Source: a virus | Lineage: Duplodnaviria > Heunggongvirae > Uroviricota > Caudoviricetes | DNA length: 64,000 bases | Reading direction: 5' to 3' (one strand) | Virus record (IMG/VR): IMGVR_UViG_3300045597_000172 | Shown: positions 1-10,201 of the stretch, in pieces | Numbering within the stretch: the first letter of the stretch is position 1 | Layout: each line of letters begins with the position of its first letter | Program-made: the position numbers and the translations under genes | Notes under the pieces: model-generated | The model's database searches: none | What the model was told of the DNA's origin: nothing | What the model saw: only the letters and a program-made list of their open reading frames with translations

Positions 1-1
1 C

Positions 2-367
2 AAAAAAAGATTATCCGATCAACAAATTGAAAACCAATCCGTTAACAACCTCGTTATCAAAATTAAAAGTTTATATAACGACTATCTAGCGCTTAAAATC
101 GATACTAACAAAAAGAGAATTACTTATTCGATCGTATCATTAATCATCATCGTTGCATCAGTAATCTTAACTCTTATAAGTAAAAACCCATTTTGGCAAG
201 TATATCCAATTAGTAGTCTATTAATCATAAACATTCTATTCATGATCTCATTTAGATATACTGAATACAAAATTGAAAAACGCTACCGAAATAACAGCAG
301 CATTCTAATTATTGAATTAATTGATTCTGCAATAACTGAACTTCAAAAAAGTAACAACGAAAAATAA
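2..367 (+). CDS. 5'-truncated hypothetical membrane protein (2 TM)
   Basis: Frame open from window start to TAA 365-367 (KKRLSDQQ...ITYSIVSLIIIVASVILTLI...); followed by terminator. Confidence 0.7.
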   Translation, partial: KKRLSDQQIENQSVNNLVIKIKSLYNDYLALKIDTNKKRITYSIVSLIIIVASVILTLISKNPFWQVYPISSLLIINILFMISFRYTEYKIEKRYRNNSSILIIELIDSAITELQKSNNEK

Positions 368-387
368 AACGCCAATGGCGTTTTTTT
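368..387 (+). terminator. Rho-independent terminator
   Basis: AACGCC-AAT-GGCGTT followed by T run. Confidence 0.75.
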
Positions 388-412
388 AATTTCTAAAAAA
401 AGGAGAACAAAA

Positions 413-640
413 ATGACATTCGAACAATTGTTTATATATAACACACTCGTCAATCATGCAAAAAAAGAAAACACCCCCGTTATTTCACTAACCGTAGCTC
501 TTATAGAAATTGCAGATGGGACATTTACTACTGACAAACCTGAATATCAAAAAATTGGAAAAATGTTAAGTTCAATGACAACTGAACAAGTTGAAAAAAT
601 TGTATACAAAGCACTCAAAACAATTCATAACTATCAATAA
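413..640 (+). CDS. hypothetical protein
   Basis: AAGGAG RBS, 75 aa. Confidence 0.75.
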   Translation: MTFEQLFIYNTLVNHAKKENTPVISLTVALIEIADGTFTTDKPEYQKIGKMLSSMTTEQVEKIVYKALKTIHNYQ

Positions 641-681
641 CGCAAATTTCGAATCAAAAACCAGAAAGGAATCCTGTCACC

Positions 682-1194
682 ATGAACCATCAACGTTGGA
701 GAAAACTTAGAAAACTCGAACCCGCATCAGAAGAAATTTCATTAAAAACAAAAATCAGATCCGAGAAATACACTATGAAGATATACTACGAACTATATAA
801 TCGGTTAAAAGACCTAAGAATCTACGCAGTAAAAAAAAATCCAGACGATCATACAAAAATCAACAACATCCCGCAAACAATTGACGATATTGTTGGTGAA
901 ATCTTTCAAACAATGATTATATTAAGTAATTTTGATACGCTTAGAAAAGAACGCCGTAACTATTTCACAACTAACGACGGAAATATTAATCAACTCAAAA
1001 AGTTATGCCACAAAAAAAAGCCATCGATCACGAGAAACTTCTACAATCGATTTATTGCAGTGTCAATAAAGAATCAAGAAATTAATCTGGAACCATTTCA
1101 ACGAATCAATCGCTTACGTGAAATACTTGAAAATCCAGAACATGACCTTAACAATAATCAACTTAGATTAATCAAAGATCTGTACAATTTCTAA
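682..1194 (+). CDS. hypothetical protein
   Basis: AGAAAGGA RBS, 170 aa. Confidence 0.75.
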   Translation: MNHQRWRKLRKLEPASEEISLKTKIRSEKYTMKIYYELYNRLKDLRIYAVKKNPDDHTKINNIPQTIDDIVGEIFQTMIILSNFDTLRKERRNYFTTNDGNINQLKKLCHKKKPSITRNFYNRFIAVSIKNQEINLEPFQRINRLREILENPEHDLNNNQLRLIKDLYNF

Positions 1195-1205
1195 AAAAAT
1201 TCAAG

Positions 1206-1234
1206 TTGCCAAACATAAGATTATCGACTATACT
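1206..1234 (+). promoter_or_regulatory. sigma70/SigA-type promoter
   Basis: TTGCCA-17 nt-TATACT. Confidence 0.6.
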
Positions 1235-1250
1235 AAAACTATCGAGTTTT

Positions 1251-1268
1251 ATGATATATCATCAAATT
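1251..1268 (+). promoter_or_regulatory. operator-like motif copy 1 (ATGATATATCATCAAATT)
   Basis: 12-bp palindrome plus conserved tail; near-identical copies at 34833-34850 (-) and 57286-57303 (+). Confidence 0.5.
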
Positions 1269-1270
1269 GA

Positions 1271-1321
1271 AGCGCCACAGGCGCTTTTTTTCTAAAACGA
1301 TGCATGTGTTTCCAACACATG
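1271..1321 (+). repeat. terminator + hairpin repeat unit, copy 1
   Basis: AGCGCC-ACA-GGCGCT-T6 then CATGTGTT-TCC-AACACATG; same layout and spacing at 13028-13080. Confidence 0.85.
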
Positions 1322-1372
1322 ACATATCAGAAAAACATACGAAAAAACATCCATTAGAAAGGAATTTTCAAT

Positions 1373-1870
1373 ATGTCAAACTTCTTCAAATCAAAACTTA
1401 GAAATCTTGCAATCACGAACCGATTCAATAATAAACGTGCTAAATCAAAAAAAATTGAAATCGAACACGAAGAAAAACTAAAGTTTGCACTAAAACATCC
1501 AGAAGAAACAAAACAATATCGACAAGCATTAAGAACAATTGCAATTCGACAAACTGGTGCAAACATTAAAGCATTCAGTAAATGGCTAATCATCGATCTA
1601 TTATGGTTATTACCACCCTACTTTGTATACGGTTGGTTTCAACAAGTACTTAACAACACCTTACTTGCTGATAAAATATCAAGTAAAACATTGTGGGGCA
1701 TTCAAGAACAGTTGATGCTTGGCGCAATCATTATTGGTGCACTGGTAATTCTATGCGGTGGTCAAATTATCAAGAATGGCATTTTCCATCGTCCATATAA
1801 AAAAGGATCACTTGAAAAACAAATGACTGCCTCACTTGAACGTGACAAAAAAAATAATAAACGAAACTAA
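1373..1870 (+). CDS. hypothetical membrane protein
   Basis: AGAAAGGA RBS; two hydrophobic segments. Confidence 0.75.
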   Translation: MSNFFKSKLRNLAITNRFNNKRAKSKKIEIEHEEKLKFALKHPEETKQYRQALRTIAIRQTGANIKAFSKWLIIDLLWLLPPYFVYGWFQQVLNNTLLADKISSKTLWGIQEQLMLGAIIIGALVILCGGQIIKNGIFHRPYKKGSLEKQMTASLERDKKNNKRN

Positions 1871-1934
1871 AATTAATCTTGGTATACTAATACCAAGGTT
1901 TTTTAATATTCAAGAAAGGATTATTACTAGAAAA

Positions 1935-2684
1935 ATGAAAATCATAACAAAACTAACAAATGTTAATCCAAGACCGGATGTCTCTGGATTCTTTAAATCC
2001 ACACTGCTCTTTCTAACCATGCTTATTGGAGAACAACTTTCGACCATTGTTTACTACACTGGAAGTAATTTTCATCTAAAGCTTGTTGGATTAATCTTCG
2101 GAATCTTAATCGCATGGTTATTTATCAAAACGGCAATCTCATATCAATCTAACTACGAATCATTACAACCACGTAAAGGTATCACAAAGACAGTCGTCGG
2201 ATACGTAGCACTTTTATATATATTATCAGTAACATGGGGACAAATTGGACCTAAATTATTAAACCTGAACTTAAACGGACAAACAAGCGAAAACCAAAGT
2301 AGTGTATTAAGTTTTCTAAGCGATCCATGGTCAACCGTCTTTATTATAATTATGACCGTGATAATTGCACCGATCCTAGAAGAATTTTGTTTCCGATACT
2401 TAATCATCAAACCAAAAAAACAAAATAGCAATATCATTCGTTTAATAATTTCAGTAGTCGCATTTGCATATCTGCACGTTGGCGAACAATTACCAAGCGT
2501 ACTTCATCACCAACTAACATTTGCAGCATGGTTCTTTTATTTCACCCAATATGCACTAATCGGAATAATCTTAACAACAACCTATAATAAATACCGAAAT
2601 TATAAATTAAACGTATTAATTCATGCAAGTTGGAACACTATCGCAATTGCAATCGCGATTGTCTTAAATATTATCGCTCACTAA
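1935..2684 (+). CDS. CPBP (CAAX/Abi) family intramembrane metalloprotease
   Basis: Motifs APILEEFCFR, FAYLH, LIHASWN; multiple TM; start moved to ATG 1935 after AGAAAGGA. Confidence 0.9.
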   Translation: MKIITKLTNVNPRPDVSGFFKSTLLFLTMLIGEQLSTIVYYTGSNFHLKLVGLIFGILIAWLFIKTAISYQSNYESLQPRKGITKTVVGYVALLYILSVTWGQIGPKLLNLNLNGQTSENQSSVLSFLSDPWSTVFIIIMTVIIAPILEEFCFRYLIIKPKKQNSNIIRLIISVVAFAYLHVGEQLPSVLHHQLTFAAWFFYFTQYALIGIILTTTYNKYRNYKLNVLIHASWNTIAIAIAIVLNIIAH

Positions 2685-2695
2685 TCAAACGTACA

Positions 2696-2730
2696 ACCCG
2701 TATTAATCATATTAATACGGGTATTATTTT
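2696..2730. terminator. terminator-like inverted repeat
   Basis: ACCCGTATTAAT-CAT-ATTAATACGGGT (12-bp perfect stem). Confidence 0.7.
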
Positions 2731-2760
2731 AAATAATTCTAAAAATGGAGAAAACAAGTC

Positions 2761-3360
2761 ATGAAAAATATTATCAATGAAGACCACCTTTATCACTCCC
2801 CAATTTTTGATCTATATCATGCAAAGATTCAATCGCCGAACACGAAAGAAATGATTGAACGTGACATTATCAGACATCCAGATGCCGTAGCTATTCTGCC
2901 ATATACCATTGCCAAAGCTAATCCGCACAAAATCACACGTGTCTTAACAACTGAAGAATATCGATGCGGAATCAATAAAATCTCTACTGCAATCGTAGCA
3001 GGACTAGTAGAACCAAAAGAAAATCCATTAACAACTACAATCAGAGAACTTAAAGAAGAAGCTGGGATTATTATTCCAACAACAAAACTCAACTACGTCA
3101 AAAAAATCAACAGTTCCGAAAATTTCACAGATGAATCAGTAACCGTATTCGTAGCTTGTGTTGGAACAACTTCTAATTACAGCGATCCAAAAATCAATTT
3201 TTATGACGACATCAAATTTACAAAACCCCATTTTGATAACGGCGGAGAATTTGTCAAAACAAAATGGACAACCCTAAACGAACTAAGCGACCACACAAAC
3301 GCCGCTCCATCCGTGGTCGCTGTGATGTACCTAGAATCATTATCAGAAAGAGGTTACTAA
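2761..3360 (+). CDS. Nudix hydrolase, ADP-ribose pyrophosphatase (NudF)-like
   Basis: Nudix box GLVEPKENPLTTTIRELKEEAG; HPDAVAILP and EEYR as in NudF-type enzymes. Confidence 0.85.
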   Translation: MKNIINEDHLYHSPIFDLYHAKIQSPNTKEMIERDIIRHPDAVAILPYTIAKANPHKITRVLTTEEYRCGINKISTAIVAGLVEPKENPLTTTIRELKEEAGIIIPTTKLNYVKKINSSENFTDESVTVFVACVGTTSNYSDPKINFYDDIKFTKPHFDNGGEFVKTKWTTLNELSDHTNAAPSVVAVMYLESLSERGY

Positions 3361-3361
3361 C

Positions 3362-3838
3362 ATGAAAAACAAAACACAAGAAGAATTATTAAAATCTGAT
3401 GTTCAGTATGTCACTAAAGAGGGAAATATAATTCTTCAAAACGAAATAGAAGAATATAAACATGATTACAATTCAAGTGTTTCACCAATTTATGATAGTG
3501 AAGACGTTGCTCGAATCCTAAATGCTGATACTGAAAAACAAAGAAATTGTTATATGTGTCATGCACAAATCGGTATGCGCCCATTTTCAATTAAAGAATA
3601 TCAAAAACTCTTTAAACAGTTCACGCGAAACTTTAACTCAAACGAAATCGAAACTATCGAATACTGTCAATGGTGCGGACGTAAATTACGAAAATGGGAA
3701 GTTGTATCACATCATGGAGAAAAAGACGAAACAATCGAAAGTGAACCCTTTAAGTTTAAAGAAGATGCTGAAAAATTAATGAAACAATTAAATCCAAACA
3801 TTGGACCATACACTGTTAGAGAAGTAACCGAAGAATAA
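3362..3838 (+). CDS. hypothetical protein with possible Zn ribbon
   Basis: CYMC ... CQWCGRKL. Confidence 0.65.
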   Translation: MKNKTQEELLKSDVQYVTKEGNIILQNEIEEYKHDYNSSVSPIYDSEDVARILNADTEKQRNCYMCHAQIGMRPFSIKEYQKLFKQFTRNFNSNEIETIEYCQWCGRKLRKWEVVSHHGEKDETIESEPFKFKEDAEKLMKQLNPNIGPYTVREVTEE

Positions 3839-3883
3839 TCATTCTAATACACATTGCAAGAACTAAAAAAGAAGGTCCAACAA

Positions 3884-4702
3884 ATGAAAACTTATATTTT
3901 TGCATCTGATCCGCACGGAACCGGAAAAAAATGGATCGACAACGTTAAACAAATGCAATCCATTTATCCTACTGCAATCACTATTTTCGGAGGAGATTAT
4001 ATAGATGGCCGCAAATATAGTGCTGAAACACTAAATTTCGTACAAAATCAAACCAAAACCAAAAAAAATATCGCCCTGCTCGGAAACCACGAGCAGATGC
4101 TGCTTGATTTTGTATCGTCTAATAACGAACTTGACCTTAAACTAAATTATGATCTCTGGAAAGAAAATGGTGGAAAATCAACAATCAAATCATTAACTGG
4201 TCGTAACTGGAGTTATCAACAAAGTGCTTACCAACTAAATTACCATCACCAAACATTAATTAACTGGCTAAGAACATTAAAACCACTATACATCACACCA
4301 GAAATCATCTTTATTCACGCCGGCCTAGACCTAGAAAAAGAAAATCCAATTCAAGAAACATCAAAATCAGACATGATGTGGCTTAGAGAAGACTACTGGT
4401 GGGAACCAGACAACGGTTTACGTCAAACACATTACTACTGGCATCATAATCCGCTAAGACAAGCAATCGTGAGCGGTCATACGCCAACTTGTCTCTTATA
4501 TGGACGTTACGATGACGATCTCAATCCGATTAAAGGAAATTTGAACGATGAATCATTCAATTGTCCTGTGAAAACTATTAAATATCCAAATGAAGCTCCT
4601 AGAATTTTTACAGATGGTGGATGCCACAGTCAATTAAAAAATCATAACGGTAACATTGTAGCAATAACCCAAAGTGGAAACATCCTCAACATTATCAACT
4701 AA
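3884..4702 (+). CDS. calcineurin-like metallophosphoesterase (phage Ser/Thr phosphatase type)
   Basis: SDPHG, GDYIDG, GNHE, FIHAG, GHTP, DGGC motifs; likely start ATG 3884. Confidence 0.9.
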   Translation: MKTYIFASDPHGTGKKWIDNVKQMQSIYPTAITIFGGDYIDGRKYSAETLNFVQNQTKTKKNIALLGNHEQMLLDFVSSNNELDLKLNYDLWKENGGKSTIKSLTGRNWSYQQSAYQLNYHHQTLINWLRTLKPLYITPEIIFIHAGLDLEKENPIQETSKSDMMWLREDYWWEPDNGLRQTHYYWHHNPLRQAIVSGHTPTCLLYGRYDDDLNPIKGNLNDESFNCPVKTIKYPNEAPRIFTDGGCHSQLKNHNGNIVAITQSGNILNIIN

Positions 4703-4730
4703 AATATTATTACAAAAAAGGAGAACTATT

Positions 4731-5213
4731 ATGTTTATACCAAAAAAGACAAACAAAAACTCAACTGAAGAAGAACAAGATGCAGAATTACTGCAATATT
4801 ACAAGGATCTATATATCAAAGAAAGAAAACTCACCGGTAAAACATTCGAAAATGTAAAACCAGCATTTGATTATGAACATCTAAATAACAAATTTGACAA
4901 TGTAAATAATTTCGCAGATCCTTTAATGCATAATTTACGAATCAAATTATTAGATCTAACCGAAAATAATAAAGATGAATGCACTATTGCACTTGACAGA
5001 ACATCTTTTATACAAATCACGCACATTTACGGCGAAGATCAAACTTTAATTGTTATTAACGACGAAGGTCGACTATATACAATATCATGGTATAAAAGCA
5101 GGTCACATACTGAACTATTTACTGACCTAGTAACTGCTGAACAAATCACATTACGTGAATTTATTGATTTATACCAAAGAATTGTAGAAGAAACTCATCC
5201 ACAAATCATTTAA
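4731..5213 (+). CDS. hypothetical protein
   Basis: AAGGAG RBS before ATG 4731. Confidence 0.7.
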   Translation: MFIPKKTNKNSTEEEQDAELLQYYKDLYIKERKLTGKTFENVKPAFDYEHLNNKFDNVNNFADPLMHNLRIKLLDLTENNKDECTIALDRTSFIQITHIYGEDQTLIVINDEGRLYTISWYKSRSHTELFTDLVTAEQITLREFIDLYQRIVEETHPQII

Positions 5214-5230
5214 CAAAAAGGAGACTCGTT

Positions 5231-5449
5231 ATGAAAACCATACTGATCAGTAAAATTATACAAACCCCAATCTTAGGATTGCGTGACGGAGAAGAAATAC
5301 TTAATCATCTTACAAAAAACAATATCAAGAATCCAAAATTAGTAATTAATTCTCATATGACCGGACGCTTTCTGCCCCACTTTAAAAAGCTGTTAGACGC
5401 AGCTTTAAAAAATAAAGAAATCGATTCATACGAAATCAAATTAAAATAA
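5231..5449 (+). CDS. hypothetical protein
   Basis: AAGGAG RBS, 72 aa. Confidence 0.7.
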   Translation: MKTILISKIIQTPILGLRDGEEILNHLTKNNIKNPKLVINSHMTGRFLPHFKKLLDAALKNKEIDSYEIKLK

Positions 5450-5466
5450 GAAAGAATGATTACCAA

Positions 5467-6393
5467 ATGAATAACATTAAAATTTTCACGCATACCGATT
5501 TAGACGGAATCTGTGCCGGATACCTATTAACCAACAGAATGTTCAAAAATCAAAATTGTGAAATTAACTATTGCCAAGTTAATGAGCTGGATAACACAAT
5601 CAAAACGTTTATTAAAGAAAATCCAGAAAACACAACTATGATTGTCACAGATTTAACACCGTCGTTAGAATCATTGAAATTACTAAAAAATTATCAAAAA
5701 AGTCATAAGATCAATATCAAAATAATTGATCATCACGAAAGTCGAAAAGACGCATGGAAAACATACCCAACATTCTTCCCCTTAAAATTTGAAAACTTAA
5801 ATTCACACGTATGTGCAACTAGTCTAATCAAAGACCTTTATAAAACGAAAATTGGATCAAAAACAACAATCCGATTAATTGAAGCTGTCAGATTATACGA
5901 CACGTGGGACTGGAAAAATCAAAAAGATGCAAATCCAGTTCGCTGCCAAGAAGCACAACGTTTAAATTTACTACTAGAAACATACGGCCGAGATATCTTT
6001 ATAAAACATCTCACTGAATCGCTTTCAAACAATTATCTAATTTCAAGTGAAGACAAAATTTTCTGTAACACCTTAAAACAACGTATGGACGAATACATCA
6101 AGAATCACTTTAAAGATGTTCAATATACAGAACTAAAAATTGATAATGCAACAATCAAAGCCGGTATCGTTCTTGCAACTAATCATCAATCAGAACTCGG
6201 AAATTACATTCTCGAAAATTCAAATGTTGACATTGCGATTATGTTCAAAAATGGAAAACTATCATTAAGAAGTCGAAACCACGGAGTTGATGTTTCCAAA
6301 ATCGCAAAATCACTTAACGGTGGCGGACATCCCGCCGCAGCTGGAGCAGAAATAAAAATTGACCCCGTGAAAATTATCAAACAAAATATTTAA
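5467..6393 (+). CDS. DHH/DHHA1 family phosphoesterase
   Basis: HTDLDG, TDL, IDHH, SLRS, GGGHPAAAG motifs. Confidence 0.9.
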   Translation: MNNIKIFTHTDLDGICAGYLLTNRMFKNQNCEINYCQVNELDNTIKTFIKENPENTTMIVTDLTPSLESLKLLKNYQKSHKINIKIIDHHESRKDAWKTYPTFFPLKFENLNSHVCATSLIKDLYKTKIGSKTTIRLIEAVRLYDTWDWKNQKDANPVRCQEAQRLNLLLETYGRDIFIKHLTESLSNNYLISSEDKIFCNTLKQRMDEYIKNHFKDVQYTELKIDNATIKAGIVLATNHQSELGNYILENSNVDIAIMFKNGKLSLRSRNHGVDVSKIAKSLNGGGHPAAAGAEIKIDPVKIIKQNI

Positions 6394-6412
6394 ACAAAAA
6401 AGGAAGATCCGC

Positions 6413-6865
6413 ATGTCAATTCACTCAATTTATGACCTAGACAAAATTTCAATTACTGAAAGTCAAAACAAATTAAGTATCATAAATCCAAAAGAACCTC
6501 GAAATGCTCTTGTTTATACAAGACGAACAGTCGACATTAACCTGTTAAAAATAATCAAAACCGCCATCGAAACTTATCCGGCATTAGCAAACAAAAAAAT
6601 CAACCTGTTAAAAAATCTACTTGATTCCGGAAAATTAGATGATGCTGCAATTTTTGATTTGAAAAAACTAGATTATTTTTGTGGGAGCAATCAAATCAGT
6701 ACCCTTTTTGATCTTGGCTTTCTACCTGAAAAAGATCAACAAAAGACAAATGACTTAATTAAACAATACATTCCACTACTAAGTGGTTACATGCAGGACT
6801 ACAAAGAAATCCAAATCGGAAACATCATTATTCAACCTGAAACCGCAACTAACAGAAAGAAGTAA
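6413..6865 (+). CDS. hypothetical protein
   Basis: AAGGAAG RBS, 150 aa. Confidence 0.7.
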   Translation: MSIHSIYDLDKISITESQNKLSIINPKEPRNALVYTRRTVDINLLKIIKTAIETYPALANKKINLLKNLLDSGKLDDAAIFDLKKLDYFCGSNQISTLFDLGFLPEKDQQKTNDLIKQYIPLLSGYMQDYKEIQIGNIIIQPETATNRKK

Positions 6866-6870
6866 TAATC

Positions 6871-7326
6871 ATGGATATTGGATCAAAAGATAAATACCCA
6901 GCCGGAAGCCTTAGTAACTTCGCACCGCATCCATTTGTGATTGACAACATCAAATGCAACAGCATGGAAGGCTTTTTACAATCTTTAAAATTTTCCAATC
7001 CTGACATGCAAACCAAAGTCTGTCAATTAGTTGGAATTAAAGCCAAACGCAAAGGCGGCAAAAAGAAATGGTGGAAAGCACAAATACTCTACTGGCAAGG
7101 AGCTGAAATTAGCCGTGAGAGCGAAGCATACACGCAATTAATAACTCGTGCGTATAATCAACTATCAAAAAATAAAAAGTTCGCTAAGGCACTCTTAGCT
7201 ACCAATAATGCCACGTTAACGCATAGTCTTGGAAAGCGTAAGAAAAACGAAACTGTCTTAACCAAAACTGAATTCGTTGGACAACTCACTAGAATTAGAG
7301 ACGAATTACAAAAACAAAATAATTAA
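6871..7326 (+). CDS. NADAR family protein (T4 gp30.3-like)
   Basis: LSNFAPHPFVID, MEGFLQSLK, LLATNNATLTH, TVLTKTEFVGQLTRIRDEL resemble phage NADAR proteins. Confidence 0.8.
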   Translation: MDIGSKDKYPAGSLSNFAPHPFVIDNIKCNSMEGFLQSLKFSNPDMQTKVCQLVGIKAKRKGGKKKWWKAQILYWQGAEISRESEAYTQLITRAYNQLSKNKKFAKALLATNNATLTHSLGKRKKNETVLTKTEFVGQLTRIRDELQKQNN

Positions 7327-7353
7327 ATCAAAAAAACAGAAAAGAGACTTAAT

Positions 7354-8157
7354 ATGTATGTAACACTGTTAAACATCCCAACAAAACGTCTTTACCAAAA
7401 AATAAAAGCCGATTGTAAAAAACAGCACCTTGATATTAATGCCATCATCAAAAACCGATATTGTCTACTCACGATTGATTCGCCATACGACATTCAAACC
7501 ACTACCGACAAACTTGACATTATAACTAAATCTGATTATCCGCCGAAGCTCGAAGAAACGTTACCAACCAAACTATTAAAACAAAAAATTCAACCGATTT
7601 CGTCATGGATATTTCGTCACGGTGGTTGTAATCTTGTTGCTGAAATTGTGCAACAAGAACTCAACTTAGACTGCTACATGGTTTATCACAAGTATCTTGA
7701 CTATGACGAAACCGGAACTCGAAATGACGATAATGAGCAAACGATCACGACCGAAGAATTAAATAACTTCCAACGCGACTATCACCAATTAAAACAAAAC
7801 CCGGACCCGTGGGAACAAACCTCACGCCCTATTGGCCACGTTTATTTTATTGATCATGATGCCAAAAACAAGCCAATTCTTTGTGATGGACTCGGTAAAC
7901 TACGACTTATCAAAAACAGCCATGATCCTAAACTTGAAATTAAGCAGCAATTTCGTGAAGACTTTGAAAATTTCAACTTTGATCCAATTGGCTGTCACAA
8001 AATAACTAGAGCCGAATTCACCAAATTAAATTACACGTCACCCTTATCATACTCAACAAACGCATGGTACATGCTGTTTCCACCAGTAATACATTATGCC
8101 ATTTATAAAGAACTCGTAAAATATGTACAAAAAAGACCGTGGTTAAAAAATGACTAA
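7354..8157 (+). CDS. hypothetical protein, possible papain-like Cys-His-Asp fold
   Basis: HGGCNLVA ... GHVYF ... CDGLG. Confidence 0.45.
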   Translation: MYVTLLNIPTKRLYQKIKADCKKQHLDINAIIKNRYCLLTIDSPYDIQTTTDKLDIITKSDYPPKLEETLPTKLLKQKIQPISSWIFRHGGCNLVAEIVQQELNLDCYMVYHKYLDYDETGTRNDDNEQTITTEELNNFQRDYHQLKQNPDPWEQTSRPIGHVYFIDHDAKNKPILCDGLGKLRLIKNSHDPKLEIKQQFREDFENFNFDPIGCHKITRAEFTKLNYTSPLSYSTNAWYMLFPPVIHYAIYKELVKYVQKRPWLKND

Positions 8158-8488
8158 AAAATTCAAAATATTTTACCATTGTACACCTGAAAAAAATATA
8201 ACTTCAATTTTAAACATTGGCTTAATACCGACAATTGGTAAGCATTCGTCAATGATTAACGAATTAGAACCGCAACTGTATTTATTCAATTCCAAAACGG
8301 CGCTTTCTGATGGACTATCCACATGGTTTGGTGATCTATTTGACGAAACCGAAAAATTAATAGTCATCAAACTAAAGTTAAATCTTAACGACCCCTATTT
8401 AATCTATCAAAAAGAAAGTTATGAATCACTGTACAAAAAACCAATCGTAATAACACAAAAAATGTTCTATACCGAATCAACATTTTAA
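8150..8488 (+). CDS. ADP-ribosyltransferase-fold protein (putative)
   Basis: FYHCTPEKNITSILNIGLIP then LYLF; His-containing strand-1 pattern of ART/KptA/DarT-like folds. Confidence 0.5.
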   Translation: MTKKFKIFYHCTPEKNITSILNIGLIPTIGKHSSMINELEPQLYLFNSKTALSDGLSTWFGDLFDETEKLIVIKLKLNLNDPYLIYQKESYESLYKKPIVITQKMFYTESTF

Positions 8489-8508
8489 AACAAAAAGGAG
8501 TCCTAATC

Positions 8509-8976
8509 ATGGGATGCGACATTCATGCATACACTGAAATCAAAGACAAAACGAACCAAAATTGGTTTTTAGCTGCAACTTATTATCAAAAACCAAATGA
8601 AAATAAACAGTATCAAGAAATGTACCTTGGCAGAGATTATCTAATGTTTGCTCAATTAGCAAATGTTCGAAATTATGACGATCAACCGGTCATATCAATG
8701 CCACGTGATTTACCACGTGATTGTTCTGATGAAGTACGACAACTGTCAAACAACTGGGGAATTGACGGTCATTCACACTCATATTTAACACTTGGTGAAC
8801 TTAAAGACTGGATAGCTCAACATCCAACCGTCCAATATGAAGACGATCACAACCCTGAACCAAATCCAATCAATCGTATTATTAAACACATCAATCAAAC
8901 ATGTGCCTTGTTTGAAATGGACAACAAATGCACCAATATCAATGATATACGAATCGTATTTTGGTTTGATAATTAA
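8509..8976 (+). CDS. conserved phage-type hypothetical protein
   Basis: MGCDIH...RDYLMFAQLANVRN...GHSHSYLTLGEL...RIVFWFDN. Confidence 0.75.
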   Translation: MGCDIHAYTEIKDKTNQNWFLAATYYQKPNENKQYQEMYLGRDYLMFAQLANVRNYDDQPVISMPRDLPRDCSDEVRQLSNNWGIDGHSHSYLTLGELKDWIAQHPTVQYEDDHNPEPNPINRIIKHINQTCALFEMDNKCTNINDIRIVFWFDN

Positions 8977-8991
8977 AAAAGGAGAACTAAT

Positions 8992-9465
8992 ATGAAAAAC
9001 TTAAAAATTTTCAACGAAATTACAGATTACAACGATTGGAACGTTGGCGCCGCATGGTATTTAACCGAAAAAAAATATCAAATTCCCGGTCATCATGTTA
9101 ATTATCTTACTGATGAAATTTCACCATCGGATCAAAAAGAACTTAGTCAAACACTGTTGCCATTAACAAAAAAGATCAATCCAATTGACATGTCACCACA
9201 ATTGCAAGCACTTTACCACGATCAATCAATCAAACCTGATTTATTCGAAATCGATTTACTAACATTAGTACAAAAAGTTAAACCAAACGATACGGATATT
9301 ACCTACGCTAACAAAAACAAAACCGCCATTGCCCGTTTATTAAGCAACAAAGATCGTATTTTATCGTGGCACTTTGATTTGTTTGGTTTGTTTCAAAATT
9401 TAAAACAAAAAAATAATCCCGACCAACTCAAACAAATTCGACTAGTGATTTGGGCAACTAAATAA
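8992..9465 (+). CDS. hypothetical protein, possibly diverged paralog of upstream gene
   Basis: AAGGAG RBS; C-terminal IRLVIW resembles IRIVFW of 8509-8976. Confidence 0.65.
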   Translation: MKNLKIFNEITDYNDWNVGAAWYLTEKKYQIPGHHVNYLTDEISPSDQKELSQTLLPLTKKINPIDMSPQLQALYHDQSIKPDLFEIDLLTLVQKVKPNDTDITYANKNKTAIARLLSNKDRILSWHFDLFGLFQNLKQKNNPDQLKQIRLVIWATK

Positions 9466-9532
9466 TCACAACTAAGATACACGTTAACGATCGAAGTCTG
9501 GAAACCTATTAATTACGAAAGAAGGAATTATC

Positions 9533-10183
9533 ATGGGAAATTATAATGAACGCGAATTATTTAATGAACCCAGCACAACAACAGAACCCGTTCATGTTGT
9601 ATTCTTTGTTTCACGCAATAAAGACAACTCTAATCTACCTAATTTTAAGCAACGTAAACACACATTTTTAACTACATTTTCAACAAATTCACAAAAATTA
9701 AATAATTTATTTGAACAATTTGTAAATCAAGGCGTAACTCACGAGTTATCCCGTTTTTATGTAAGTATTAATCCCCGTGATAATAAAAAAACACAAACTG
9801 CTCTTATGCACTATTTATTAGACCATGAAAATATTAATATGGCTAATTTAAACGCCATTTTGGCTAAATTAGCAATGAGTAAATCATTTGCAACTGAAAA
9901 AAATCGTATGTTTGATTTTGATCTTACTTCACGTGAAAAAGTTGATGAATTTGTTAATGACTTAGTCCAACGTGGTGCTAATAAAGAAACCATAGAAGTC
10001 GGAAAAACACTTCATGGTTATTATGTTGTTATCCAACGTGGTGTTGACTTACGCAAACTTGTTGACACCATGACAGATGCACCATTAAGTCAAAAAAAAG
10101 ATAAAGGTCCATGGAAATGGTCAAAAGATGAAGTTACCTATAAATTTGATGAACTAAAATTAGTCAAATGGAAAACAAAATAA
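9533..10183 (+). CDS. phage-type hypothetical protein
   Basis: AGAAGGA RBS; SRNKDN, RFYVSINPR, FDFD. Confidence 0.7.
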   Translation: MGNYNERELFNEPSTTTEPVHVVFFVSRNKDNSNLPNFKQRKHTFLTTFSTNSQKLNNLFEQFVNQGVTHELSRFYVSINPRDNKKTQTALMHYLLDHENINMANLNAILAKLAMSKSFATEKNRMFDFDLTSREKVDEFVNDLVQRGANKETIEVGKTLHGYYVVIQRGVDLRKLVDTMTDAPLSQKKDKGPWKWSKDEVTYKFDELKLVKWKTK

Positions 10184-10201
10184 GATCAAAGGAGCAAGAA
10201 T

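Noticed and set aside
9533-10183. AEP primase-polymerase call (FDFD, TLHGY)
   Set aside because: Expected catalytic His position is Tyr and other motifs are not evident; left hypothetical
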